34,843 nucleotides of DNA, taken from the NCBI GenBank assembly GCA_043753995.1, contig JAYUVP010000170.1, positions 1 through 34,843 of the forward strand, in the 5' to 3' direction. The DNA comes from Fibrobacterota bacterium. GTDB lineage: Bacteria; Fibrobacterota; Fibrobacteria; UBA11236. A model generated the notes under the pieces. The model was not told the origin of the DNA and did no database searches. It saw nothing but the letters and a program-made list of their open reading frames with translations. The position numbers and the translations under genes were made by a program. Numbering within the stretch: the first letter of the stretch is position 1; every line of letters starts with the position of its first letter. Below, piece by piece: positions 1-8,653 of this stretch.

Positions 1-234
1 GGGTGCGTATTTCACGGTGCGGGCATGGCCATTTCCCCAGTGAGCCGAACTCCATTCGCGTATGCCGGGTGCGCTTGGATAGAGGCGCGATAAGCCGAAA
101 GTATCCGGCTGGGCTTGTGCAAAAGCCCCCGTAAATACCATGAGCGGAACAGCAAAGTCAAGAGGAATCGAGGTTCGTTGCTTTCGGAAGGAAATAAGAA
201 CTGAGATCATTTTGTCACAGACACTTCTTTTCAT
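1..234 (-). CDS. Probable divergent gene, N-terminal part only (runs off the window edge); possibly a secreted protein
   Basis: Manual translation: the minus frame is open from 285 to 1 with ATGs at 234, 210 and 141. It reads ...FAVPLMVFTGAFAQAQPDTFGLSRLYPSAPGIREWSSAHWGNGHARTVKYAP, with a hydrophobic stretch ending in AFA-Q like a signal peptide. It is absent from the ORF track because no stop lies in the window. Start uncertain. Confidence 0.45.
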   Translation of the reverse strand, partial: MKRSVCDKMISVLISFRKQRTSIPLDFAVPLMVFTGAFAQAQPDTFGLSRLYPSAPGIREWSSAHWGNGHARTVKYAP

Positions 235-328
235 GCGTTCCGTTCTGAATCGATCAGAAGATTCGAAATTGCTGATACCCAGATGTTACCACTTCGGTAA
301 AATTTCTTTCTAATTCCTCCACCGTCCC

Positions 329-335
329 AAGGAGG
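329..335 (+). promoter_or_regulatory. Shine-Dalgarno site of the sheath gene
   Basis: AAGGAGG lies 6 nt upstream of ATG 342. Confidence 0.75.
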
Positions 336-341
336 ATGCAT

Positions 342-1850
342 ATGCCAACCTATAGCTTTCCGGGCGTCTATATCGAAGAGATTCCCAGCGGCGTCAGGAC
401 TATTACGGGAGTCGCCACCTCGATCACGGCCTTTGTGGGCCGTACCTTGCGTGGGCCCGTCAACCTTCCCACCCCCGTTTTCAGCTTCGGCGAATTCGAA
501 CGTCGCTTCGGCGGTTTGTGGACGGAAAGTCCGTTAAGCCAAGCGGTGTATCAATACTTCGCCAATGGTGGGGGCCAAGCTCTGATTGTGCGCGTGCACA
601 ATACGGCCTTGACTGCGGGGGTGTCGCTGGACAGCGGCAATTTGCAGCTCTCGGCAGCGAATCCCGGCGCTTGGGGCACCAATCTTCGCGTCAGTGTCGA
701 CCTTGGCTCGCCGGCCTTGGCTGCTCCTTTATTCAATCTCACCGTGACCGATGTCGTCACCGGCGCGCGTGAAGTGCATCTCAACTTGAGCACCAGCCCG
801 GCGAGTTCGCGCTTTGTCACCCAGGTCCTAGCGCAAGACAGCCAATTGATCGTTGTTACGGCTGGCTCAACCGTGGCCGCCACGCGGCCTACGGTTACCG
901 CATCGCCTGTCGCTCTTACCGCAGCAGCCGCTGCCGATGGCGCAGCCGTCACAGCTGGCGAAGTTGTTAGCGGTGGTTCGCTAGAGGCTAATAAGGAAGG
1001 CCTATTCGCTCTGGAAAAGGCTGACCTCTTCAACTTGCTGGTGATACCGCCTTATTCGCCGAGCGACGATGTCGATGCGGCTGATTTGACCGCGGCCTAT
1101 ACCTATGTGAAAAAGCGCCGCGCGATTTTGCTCATCGACCCGCCTGCGGCCACCGATACCGTCAGCGAGGCGCAAACCTTCGTGGGCACCTTGACCCGCG
1201 ATGAGAACGCCGCGTTTTTCTTTCCGCGCATCTTAGCGCCCAATCCCCTGAAGGAAAACAAAATTGAAGCCTTCGCGCCTTCGGGCGCGGTGGCAGGCAT
1301 ACTCGCTCGCACCGACGCCACGCGCGGCGTGTGGAAGTCCGCAGCCGGAATCGACGCCGTCATCGTAGGCGCGGCCGGACTCGCCGCCAAACTCACCGAC
1401 GGTGAGAATGGCTTGCTCAATCCGCTCGGCATCAATGTGCTGCGCGACTTTCCCGTTTATGGCCGCGTGGTCTGGGGTTCGCGCACCTTGAAAGGCGCGG
1501 ATCAACTGGCTTCGGAGTGGAAATACCTGGCCGTGCGCCGCACCGCCCTCTTTCTCGAAGAAAGCCTTTATCGTGGTACGCAATGGGCCGTTTTCGAACC
1601 CAATGATGAACCGCTTTGGGCCCAGATTCGCCTCAATCTCGGCGCCTTCATGCAAACCCTTTTCCGCCAGGGAGCCTTTCAGGGCCGCTCGCCCAAGGAG
1701 GCCTATTTCGTGAAATGCGACGCGGAAACGACGACACAAAATGATATCAATCTCGGTATTGTGAACATTTTGGTTGGCTTCGCCCCGCTCAAGCCCGCCG
1801 AATTCGTGGTCATTAAACTGCAGCAAATCGCCGGACAGGTGCAGGCTTAA
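342..1850 (+). CDS. Contractile tail sheath protein (Afp2/3/4-like)
   Basis: N-terminal PGVYIEE...ITAFVG motif; C-terminal GIN-LR-FP--G-VVWG-RTL, WKYL-VRR, WAVFEPN and VG-APLKPAEFV motifs typical of sheath proteins. Start moved from 336 to 342 on RBS spacing. Confidence 0.97.
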   Translation: MPTYSFPGVYIEEIPSGVRTITGVATSITAFVGRTLRGPVNLPTPVFSFGEFERRFGGLWTESPLSQAVYQYFANGGGQALIVRVHNTALTAGVSLDSGNLQLSAANPGAWGTNLRVSVDLGSPALAAPLFNLTVTDVVTGAREVHLNLSTSPASSRFVTQVLAQDSQLIVVTAGSTVAATRPTVTASPVALTAAAAADGAAVTAGEVVSGGSLEANKEGLFALEKADLFNLLVIPPYSPSDDVDAADLTAAYTYVKKRRAILLIDPPAATDTVSEAQTFVGTLTRDENAAFFFPRILAPNPLKENKIEAFAPSGAVAGILARTDATRGVWKSAAGIDAVIVGAAGLAAKLTDGENGLLNPLGINVLRDFPVYGRVVWGSRTLKGADQLASEWKYLAVRRTALFLEESLYRGTQWAVFEPNDEPLWAQIRLNLGAFMQTLFRQGAFQGRSPKEAYFVKCDAETTTQNDINLGIVNILVGFAPLKPAEFVVIKLQQIAGQVQA

Positions 1851-1871
1851 TCGCCTGGAGGGACACAAATC

Positions 1872-2396
1872 ATGGCACAGTTTACCGTCAACGCCAATCG
1901 TTTCGACCCCTATAAGAATTTCAAGTTCCGCGTCAAGTGGGACGGCCGTTATGTCGCGGGAGTGAGTAAGGTCAGCGCGCTCAAGCGCACGACCGAGGTG
2001 GTGAAACACCGCGAGGGCGGCGATCCCAGCAGCTCACGCAAGTCACCGGGGCGCAGCGAATTCGAATCGATCACCTTGGAGCGCGGCGTCACCCATGACA
2101 CCGAATTCGAAAAATGGGCCAATAAGATCTGGAATTTCGGATCGGGCCTGGGACTCGAAACCTCACTCAAGGACTTCCGCAAAGACCTCATCATTGAGGT
2201 CTATAATGAAGCCGGCCAATTGGTCATCGCCTACAAGGTATTTCGCTGCTGGGTTTCGGAATTCCAAAGTCTGCCCGATCTCGACGCCAATGCCAATGCC
2301 ATCGCCATTCAGCATATCAAGCTGGAAAACGAAGGCTGGGAACGCGATTACGAAGTCACCGAGCCCGCTGAGCCTAGCTTCAGCGAGCCCGCTTGA
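1872..2396 (+). CDS. Tail tube protein (T4 gp19 / Afp1/5-like)
   Basis: DPYKNFKFRVKWDG, HREGG, K-PG----ITLERG, F--W and L-A----IAI--I-L-NEG motifs; directly follows the sheath; GGAGGG RBS upstream. Confidence 0.96.
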   Translation: MAQFTVNANRFDPYKNFKFRVKWDGRYVAGVSKVSALKRTTEVVKHREGGDPSSSRKSPGRSEFESITLERGVTHDTEFEKWANKIWNFGSGLGLETSLKDFRKDLIIEVYNEAGQLVIAYKVFRCWVSEFQSLPDLDANANAIAIQHIKLENEGWERDYEVTEPAEPSFSEPA

Positions 2397-2437
2397 GGCA
2401 AGTCCGGACCGACCACCGTGGGCTAGGTGAATCCGAC

Positions 2438-3181
2438 ATGCTTCCGCGCGCGCTTTCGGCTGGCGATTTGCTCGTGGCCTACGAGCAGCTGTCTTTGCAA
2501 CCCGCCTGGCGCTGGCCGGCGGTATTGCTCACTCTAGGCTATGCCCGGCTCTCCTTCGAGGACGCCGTCACCTTGCCGTTACCCTGGCGCGAAGGCCTCT
2601 TGCTGCGCTTGCGCCTCGCCAATTTCGGCGGGGAAATGCGCGGTCATAGCCGATGCAAGTCTTGCGGCAGCGACAATGAAATTAGCCTAGCCTGCGAGGA
2701 TTTATTGACGGCCTTTCCTGAGGCCGATGCCTTGCCCGCCAAGGATGGCGTGGTCGCAGCCTTGCCTTCGGGTGTCGAGGCGCGTATGCAGGGGCTTTCT
2801 TCGATCGATTTGGCAGAAGCCGCTCGTCTGCCCGCCGAAGCCGCCGCCTTGCTTTTGCAAGAGCGCAGCATGAAATCGCTGGCCAAGGATGGCGAACCGC
2901 GAAGCTGGCAAGAACTCGACGCCGCCGATCAAGCAGCGCTTTCCCAAGCTCTGGAAAACTTGAGCGGTGGCCTGCGCCTCGAAGTCATTTGCCCCGCTTG
3001 TAGCGGCAAAGAAAATCGCGAAATCGATTTGGGGATGTGGCTGGCCCAAGAAGTGAGCCGCGCCGCCCAAGGTCTTATAGGCGAAGTCGATACGCTGGCG
3101 CGCGCTTATGGCTGGAGCGAAAACGATATTTTGAATCTCTCGCCCGCGCGTCGACGGCTTTACTTGGAGAGGGTGGCATGA
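2438..3181 (+). CDS. T4 baseplate-hub-assembly / tail-chaperone-like protein
   Basis: Two CxxC pairs (CKSC, CPAC) and a C-terminal EV--LA-AYGWSE--IL-L---RR--YL motif; follows the tube gene. ATG 2438 (AGGTG upstream) preferred over TTG 2393. Confidence 0.75.
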   Translation: MLPRALSAGDLLVAYEQLSLQPAWRWPAVLLTLGYARLSFEDAVTLPLPWREGLLLRLRLANFGGEMRGHSRCKSCGSDNEISLACEDLLTAFPEADALPAKDGVVAALPSGVEARMQGLSSIDLAEAARLPAEAAALLLQERSMKSLAKDGEPRSWQELDAADQAALSQALENLSGGLRLEVICPACSGKENREIDLGMWLAQEVSRAAQGLIGEVDTLARAYGWSENDILNLSPARRRLYLERVA

Positions 3182-4287
3182 GCGACGCGGCAATGATAGC
3201 GGGCGGCGCGTCCGAGCCCTCCCAAGCATCGGAAACGGTTTCGCCGATGGCTCCTACCTTGGGGCTGTTCCGGCAATTCGCCGACCGAGCCCGTGGGGTA
3301 ACTCCCCTGTTAACCCCGGTTTTGCCTTCGCGCTTCGAATCGGCCTTACCTTCGGCACGCAATGAAAATGAACTGGGCTTCGGTGAGGCGATGGCGAATT
3401 CGCCCGAGGCTCGGGAAGGAATGCTTCGGGGCGAGGACGCGGAAACGCGTCTGCGGCCACAGCCACGGCCACCGCAACAATTCCAACAAGATCTTACGAC
3501 TCGGTTTGTACGGCCTAGCCTAAAACCAGAGGAAATCGCTGGCGAAGCGCACGGCGAAGGCTCCAACGAGAAGCCGTATGCTTTCCATTCAACGCCAGGC
3601 TTGTCGGCGCGCTTTGCTGCCCAAAGCTCCGAAGCCATGCTGCCGAAGTGGAATATCAGGCAGTCCAGCGAGACGGCGAGCGAAACGGATGCGAAGGTGA
3701 TTTCGCCGAGCGAAGGATCGTCAACTTGGTCGGGAGAAAGACTTGCAGGCCCAAGTTTGGGCAAGACAGCCGCTCCTGCCCTGGCGAAACCCGAGGCGAC
3801 TCCTTGGGGGCTAAGGCCACTGGCGAGTGACCGTAACTCACAAGGGACTCCTACCTCCGCTGATACGCCGGAGCAAAAGCAAATTGAAAATCATGTGAGC
3901 CAAGCGCTGAAGCCTGCATCCTTTTCCGCGCACCCCGCTGCCGCGCCTTGGGCGCAAACCCGGATGTCGCCGGAAACGGCACCGAAACCCGGAAACAACA
4001 ACAAGTCAACCGCATTGGCAGGGACAAGCCCGGACACCACCATGGCGCAGCGCCTAGGCTTGACACCTCCGGCGAGGCAAGGTGGCGATGGCCCCTCGTC
4101 CGGAAGCCAGGGTAACATACAAGTGACGCCAGCCGCAACTGCACCACAAGTGCATATACGCATAGGCCGCGTGGATTTTCGCGGCGTGCCAAGCGCCGCG
4201 CCCGCGCGCCCGGCACCCGCCAAGCCGGCAGGACCGGCCATGGATCTCGAAGGCTATTTGCGCAGCCTCGACAGGAGGACGCGATGA
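3178..4287 (+). CDS. eCIS-associated low-complexity (Pro/Ala/Ser-rich) protein
   Basis: ATGA overlaps with both neighbours. Mostly disordered-looking, with a C-terminal VHIRIGRVDFR...LEGYLR motif that I recognise from genes upstream of Pvc16 in such loci. Confidence 0.7.
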   Translation: MSDAAMIAGGASEPSQASETVSPMAPTLGLFRQFADRARGVTPLLTPVLPSRFESALPSARNENELGFGEAMANSPEAREGMLRGEDAETRLRPQPRPPQQFQQDLTTRFVRPSLKPEEIAGEAHGEGSNEKPYAFHSTPGLSARFAAQSSEAMLPKWNIRQSSETASETDAKVISPSEGSSTWSGERLAGPSLGKTAAPALAKPEATPWGLRPLASDRNSQGTPTSADTPEQKQIENHVSQALKPASFSAHPAAAPWAQTRMSPETAPKPGNNNKSTALAGTSPDTTMAQRLGLTPPARQGGDGPSSGSQGNIQVTPAATAPQVHIRIGRVDFRGVPSAAPARPAPAKPAGPAMDLEGYLRSLDRRTR

Positions 4288-5483
4288 GCAATCAATTGGC
4301 CGTGGCCACCGTAACCGCGGCGTTATCCCAGCATTTGGGCGAGGCCCTCTCGGGAGTGCCCGGCGCCAGCGTGACCTTCGGGAGACCCGACAAGACGCAG
4401 CCGGATAAGGGCATTAACCTTTATCTCTATGAAATCGATCATCGCGGCTCGCTTCGCTTCACGGATTTGCCCACCCGTAATTCACGGGGCGATCTCGTCG
4501 AAAAGCCGCGCGCGCCCTTAGAGCTGCGCTATTTGCTCACTTTTTATGGCGAAGAAATTTCCTTGGAGCCGCAGCGGCTTTTGGGCGCCGCCGTGCGGGT
4601 GATGAATGGCAAGCCCGTGCTCACGCGGGCCGAGATTCGCGCCACCATTGCCAATCCCAGCTTCAGTCCCTTTCTCGGCGAAAGCGATTTGGCCGAGCAA
4701 ATCGACTTGGTCAAATTCACGCCGCTCAGCATGTCCATGGAAGAGACGAGCAAGTTATGGTCGACCTTGCTCAAGGCGGATCACGTTTTGTCCTTGGCCT
4801 ATGCGGCCGGTGTCGTCTTCATTGACGGCGAAGGATCGCCGAGCACGGCCTTACCCGTGCGCTTGCCGCAAATCCAAGTCCTGCCCTGGCAGCCTCCGCG
4901 CCTGGAAACCGTGACGCCGCAGATTTTTTCCTTCTCCGTGGGAATGTCTTTGGCGCTTGAAGGTCATGGCCTTTTATTGCCCGGCACAACCGTGAAGGCA
5001 GGTAGCGTAGACGTGACTCCCGACTTGGGATCCACGCCCGCGCGCCTGAACTTGACGGTAACACCGCTGTGGCGGGCCGGTGTGCAAACCGCGCAGGTCA
5101 TACAACCCATCGAGTTTCCCGCCTTGCCCGGACCACCTGTGGCGCATAAGGGTTTCGAGTCGAATACCGTTCCCTTCATTTTGCAGCCCACCGTGACCGG
5201 ACTCAGCTTCGATGTCGGGGATCCCCTGGGGGCCAGCGTGGTCGTCGCCTGCGATCCTGCCGTGGACGCCGGACAAAGGGCTGAGCTTTTACTCAATGAA
5301 AAAATCGTGGGACCCAATCCGCGCGCTTTCCGCCTCGCAGCGCGAACGCGACCGGGCACAACAAGCACTATTCGTTTCGACGCGACCGGCTTACCACCCG
5401 GATTGTTTCTGGGGCGGCTGCGCATTGACGGCGCCGAAAGCCGCCTCACCGGATCGCTCGCCGAAGAAGTGACCTTGCCCTAA
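4284..5483 (+). CDS. Pvc16/Afp16 (DUF4255) tail terminator with C-terminal Ig/IPT-like extension
   Basis: MSN-LAVA-VT-AL, INLYLY, L-LRYLLT-YG, QRLLG-A and LSMEE-SKLWS motifs; beta-rich C-terminal half. Confidence 0.9.
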   Translation: MSNQLAVATVTAALSQHLGEALSGVPGASVTFGRPDKTQPDKGINLYLYEIDHRGSLRFTDLPTRNSRGDLVEKPRAPLELRYLLTFYGEEISLEPQRLLGAAVRVMNGKPVLTRAEIRATIANPSFSPFLGESDLAEQIDLVKFTPLSMSMEETSKLWSTLLKADHVLSLAYAAGVVFIDGEGSPSTALPVRLPQIQVLPWQPPRLETVTPQIFSFSVGMSLALEGHGLLLPGTTVKAGSVDVTPDLGSTPARLNLTVTPLWRAGVQTAQVIQPIEFPALPGPPVAHKGFESNTVPFILQPTVTGLSFDVGDPLGASVVVACDPAVDAGQRAELLLNEKIVGPNPRAFRLAARTRPGTTSTIRFDATGLPPGLFLGRLRIDGAESRLTGSLAEEVTLP

Positions 5484-5499
5484 GGAAAATCCAGCCCAC

Positions 5500-7506
5500 A
5501 TGAGACATTTAGGATCACCCGATTATATCACGTCCAATCAAGCTTGCCTCATGGCAGGCTTTCAGCGTTTGCTTGCCGAAGCGCGCGTGAAAGTCGGAGC
5601 CGCGCCCGCCGAAGAAGCCGAGGAAGCGCGCGGCGTGGAAAAAGGCTGCGAAGCCATGCTCGGCAGCCCAACGACCTTGGAACAAATCGCGCAGCGTTTC
5701 GCTCTCACCGGTTTCGAACGCGATATATTGCTGCTCCTTGCGGGACTCGAACTGGACACGCCTTTCGCCACGTCCCTGCATCAATTGATGACCGACCGCA
5801 CCCAAGGTCAAGTGAATGCCTTCACTTTCGCCTCGGCCCTGGCGCTTTTGCTCGAACCCCATTGGAGCGCACTGGGACCAGAGTCACCGCTGCGTTACTG
5901 GCGCTTGATCGACATGTCGGCGGGATATTCCCTGGTGAATGCCCCCCTGCGCCTGGAAGAGTCGGTCTTGCATGCCTTATGCGGCGCACCGCATCTCGAC
6001 GATCGCTTGCTTGACTTGGTGACGCCCTTGGCCACCACGGTGCCCCAATCGGTTTCGCTGGCCAATGCCGCCGAGCAATTGTCTGAGGCCTTGAGTTCTC
6101 CCGTGCATCCAGGGAATCCTCCCACCGTGCTTTTGCTCGGTCCACCCAGCGAGGACAAGCGGGCTGTGGCGGGAGCCGCTGCCACGCGTTGTGGCTTGGC
6201 CCGCACCGTGGCGTTGCCGCTCGAATTGCTGCCCGCCGCCGCGGGAGATTTGGAGTCCCTGGTACGTTTATGGGGCCGCGAAGCCGCCCTGCATGATTTA
6301 TTGCTCTATATCGAAACCTCGGAAGACGGTCTGGAAGCCGCGCGCCTCGTCACCTTGCAGCGCTTCGCAGCACGCAACCGTGCCCCGCTTGCCATTGGGG
6401 TGACTGACAAGATACGTCTCCCGGGAGTGACACCCCGTAACGTGACCGTTTCCTCCCCGAGCCCGGAAGAGCAGCGCGCCCTCTGGGAGCGTACCTTGGG
6501 GCCGGCGGCTTATTTGCTCAATGGTCACCTCGATCAATTGGTTTTGCAATTCCCCCTGCCAGCGGCGGCCATCACCGCCACGGCTGCCGAGGTAAGTGAA
6601 AGTCTCGCCAGCCTGGATCCGAATGTCACGCCCATAGACGGGGATGTGGCCTTTCATTTCGCCTGGCAAGCTTGTCGCGGACGGGGTCGCCAGCGCATTG
6701 CCGAATTAGCCCGACCCATCGTGCCACGCGTGACCTGGGACGATTTGGTTTTGCCCGAATTGCCCCTCCTCACCTTGCGACAAATCGCCGCCGAAGTGCG
6801 CCAACGCCATCGTGTGTATGGCGAATGGGGCTTTGGTGGAAGCGGCGCGCGCGGCCTTGGCGTGTCGGCTCTTTTCGCTGGCCCCAGTGGCACCGGCAAA
6901 ACCCTGGCCGCCGAAGTGCTTGCCTCGGATTTGGGTCTCGATCTCTATCAAATTGATCTCTCCACCGTGGTCAGCAAATATATCGGCGAAACCGAAAAGA
7001 ACTTGCGCAGGCTCTTCGACGCGGCTGAGGAAAGCGGTGCCATTCTGCTTTTCGACGAGGCGGACGCCTTATTCGGCAAGCGTAGCGAAGTCAAGGACAG
7101 CCACGATCGCTATGCGAATATCGAAGTCGGCTATTTGCTACAGCGCATGGAGGCCTATCGCGGTCTCGCCATCCTGACCACCAATTTGAAGAACAATCTC
7201 GACGCGGCCTTTTTGCGGCGCTTACGGCATATCGTGCATTTCCCCTTCCCAGACGAAAAACAGCGCGCCGAAATTTGGAAGCGCGTTTTCCCCGAAGCCA
7301 CGCCGCGCGAAAATGTGATGCCCGCCAAGCTGGCCAAGCTCATGGTGCCCGGCGGCCACATACGCAATATCGCTTTGACCGCCTCCTTCTTGGCCGCGGA
7401 TGAAAGCGGCACGGTGGGCATGGAGCATTTATTGCGCGCCGCGCGCGCCGAATTCGCCAAGTTGGAAAAACCCATGAACGAAACCGAGGTGGCGGGATGG
7501 GTATGA
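5500..7506 (+). CDS. AAA+ ATPase (Afp15/Pvc15-like)
   Basis: Walker A GPSGTGKT, SKYIGETEKNL, Walker B LLFDEAD, DSHDRYAN-EV-YLLQRME and AF-RR arginine finger; degenerate first AAA module. Confidence 0.96.
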   Translation: MRHLGSPDYITSNQACLMAGFQRLLAEARVKVGAAPAEEAEEARGVEKGCEAMLGSPTTLEQIAQRFALTGFERDILLLLAGLELDTPFATSLHQLMTDRTQGQVNAFTFASALALLLEPHWSALGPESPLRYWRLIDMSAGYSLVNAPLRLEESVLHALCGAPHLDDRLLDLVTPLATTVPQSVSLANAAEQLSEALSSPVHPGNPPTVLLLGPPSEDKRAVAGAAATRCGLARTVALPLELLPAAAGDLESLVRLWGREAALHDLLLYIETSEDGLEAARLVTLQRFAARNRAPLAIGVTDKIRLPGVTPRNVTVSSPSPEEQRALWERTLGPAAYLLNGHLDQLVLQFPLPAAAITATAAEVSESLASLDPNVTPIDGDVAFHFAWQACRGRGRQRIAELARPIVPRVTWDDLVLPELPLLTLRQIAAEVRQRHRVYGEWGFGGSGARGLGVSALFAGPSGTGKTLAAEVLASDLGLDLYQIDLSTVVSKYIGETEKNLRRLFDAAEESGAILLFDEADALFGKRSEVKDSHDRYANIEVGYLLQRMEAYRGLAILTTNLKNNLDAAFLRRLRHIVHFPFPDEKQRAEIWKRVFPEATPRENVMPAKLAKLMVPGGHIRNIALTASFLAADESGTVGMEHLLRAARAEFAKLEKPMNETEVAGWV

Positions 7507-8147
7507 GGGAGCGTGGACCGACTTGCGGCGGCGCAGCGGCGCCCTGTTTCGCGGGCGCTACGGTGACACGCAAGTCACGTCCTCTGGGGGTGACTGGGCC
7601 GCAGGCAAGCCTAGGCCCCCGTTCAGGAAAACCCCCGGGGTATGATCTGCGCGGTATTTCGGTGTTGCATACCGAAAAGCGACTGGGCGAATACAAATGC
7701 GACTTGAATCAAGGTGGCAAATCGTCCATGACTATCAGCGACACCTCCTGCCTTAAATCCTGCACTGAGCGGCATGAGCAAAAGCACCAGGCGGACGTTT
7801 CGCCATGTTGCCAAGCCGCAGGAGCGGCCTACAAGGCGGCGGAAGGCGACGGCCCCAAGCAAGAACAAATCATCACCGATTTTACAAACTGGTCGACTAA
7901 AAATAAGCCTTACTTCGAATGCCGGGCTTATCAGGAATCGGTGACTTGCGCCGAAGAAAAGATCGCGGAACTGAAAGCGAAAGATCTTAAGAAGTTCACC
8001 CAATCCGACAGCGATTGCCTGAGACTCGCGGTGGAGACCAGCGGGAAATGGACCAAGTCGCGCAACAACTTTTGTGGTGGCACGGCCGACGAGCCTAGCA
8101 AGGTGACCGTCCAATTCACACCCTGCCCCTGGACACCCGCGCCATGA
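7503..8147 (+). CDS. Cys-rich HExxH protein, candidate eCIS cargo (putative zincin-like domain)
   Basis: ATGA overlaps with the ATPase stop and with the next gene; 12 Cys; HEQKH followed by ECRAY. The product call is inference. Confidence 0.65.
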   Translation: MRERGPTCGGAAAPCFAGATVTRKSRPLGVTGPQASLGPRSGKPPGYDLRGISVLHTEKRLGEYKCDLNQGGKSSMTISDTSCLKSCTERHEQKHQADVSPCCQAAGAAYKAAEGDGPKQEQIITDFTNWSTKNKPYFECRAYQESVTCAEEKIAELKAKDLKKFTQSDSDCLRLAVETSGKWTKSRNNFCGGTADEPSKVTVQFTPCPWTPAP

Positions 8148-8653
8148 ATATCCCGGGCCTGCATATCGATTTCGAGGAGCTGGTTTTTCACGGCTTCTCG
8201 CCGGAGCAGGCCCATGCCGTCGCCGCGCATTTGCAACGGGAAATGGAGCAATTGGCGCAGCATCACTTCGAAGCGAATCCGGGATGGGCTCAAGGGGAAT
8301 TGCCTCTGACTCTGGATTTGCCTGCCTTGACTATGCCGCCCATGGCCTTGAATACCCAAGCGCCCGCTTTGGAAACAGCACGACATTTGGCCAAGGCATT
8401 GTGGACCGCTATTTCTCCCAGCTTGGCGCCCGCCGCTCCTGCCGCTCCGGTTGCGCGCAGTCAGGAAGCCTTGGCGACGCGTTTAGGATACCGTAACCTT
8501 CATGTTACAAATGCCAAGCCCACTAACGAAGCGGTGGGCGCTCCGAGCCTTGCCCCTAGGCCAGCCTTTTTCGGAGCCAAGGTCGGAGCCCAAGCCACGG
8601 GCTCCGAGGCGAAGTCGGCTCCGTCCTCCATTGCGAACGGGGGGCTGGCATGA
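8144..8653 (+). CDS. Small conserved eCIS-associated hypothetical protein
   Basis: N-terminal LHIDFEELVFHGF...L-REMEQL motif that I recognise from small genes between the ATPase and DUF4157 genes; coupled on both sides. Confidence 0.7.
   Translation: MNIPGLHIDFEELVFHGFSPEQAHAVAAHLQREMEQLAQHHFEANPGWAQGELPLTLDLPALTMPPMALNTQAPALETARHLAKALWTAISPSLAPAAPAAPVARSQEALATRLGYRNLHVTNAKPTNEAVGAPSLAPRPAFFGAKVGAQATGSEAKSAPSSIANGGLA

Noticed and set aside
93..128. Two small hairpins (AGCCG/CGGCT, GGGCTT/AAGCCC) as ncRNA or terminator
   Set aside because: Short stems with no U-tract, lying inside the probable minus-strand CDS.
2393..3181. Programmed frameshift of the phage G/GT chaperone type
   Set aside because: The ORF already contains the C-terminal W---IL-L---RR module in frame, and I saw no convincing slippery site.
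6130..6165. Degenerate Walker A (GPPSEDKR) as a sign of a pseudogene
   Set aside because: A degenerate first AAA module is usual in this ATPase family, and the second module is intact.
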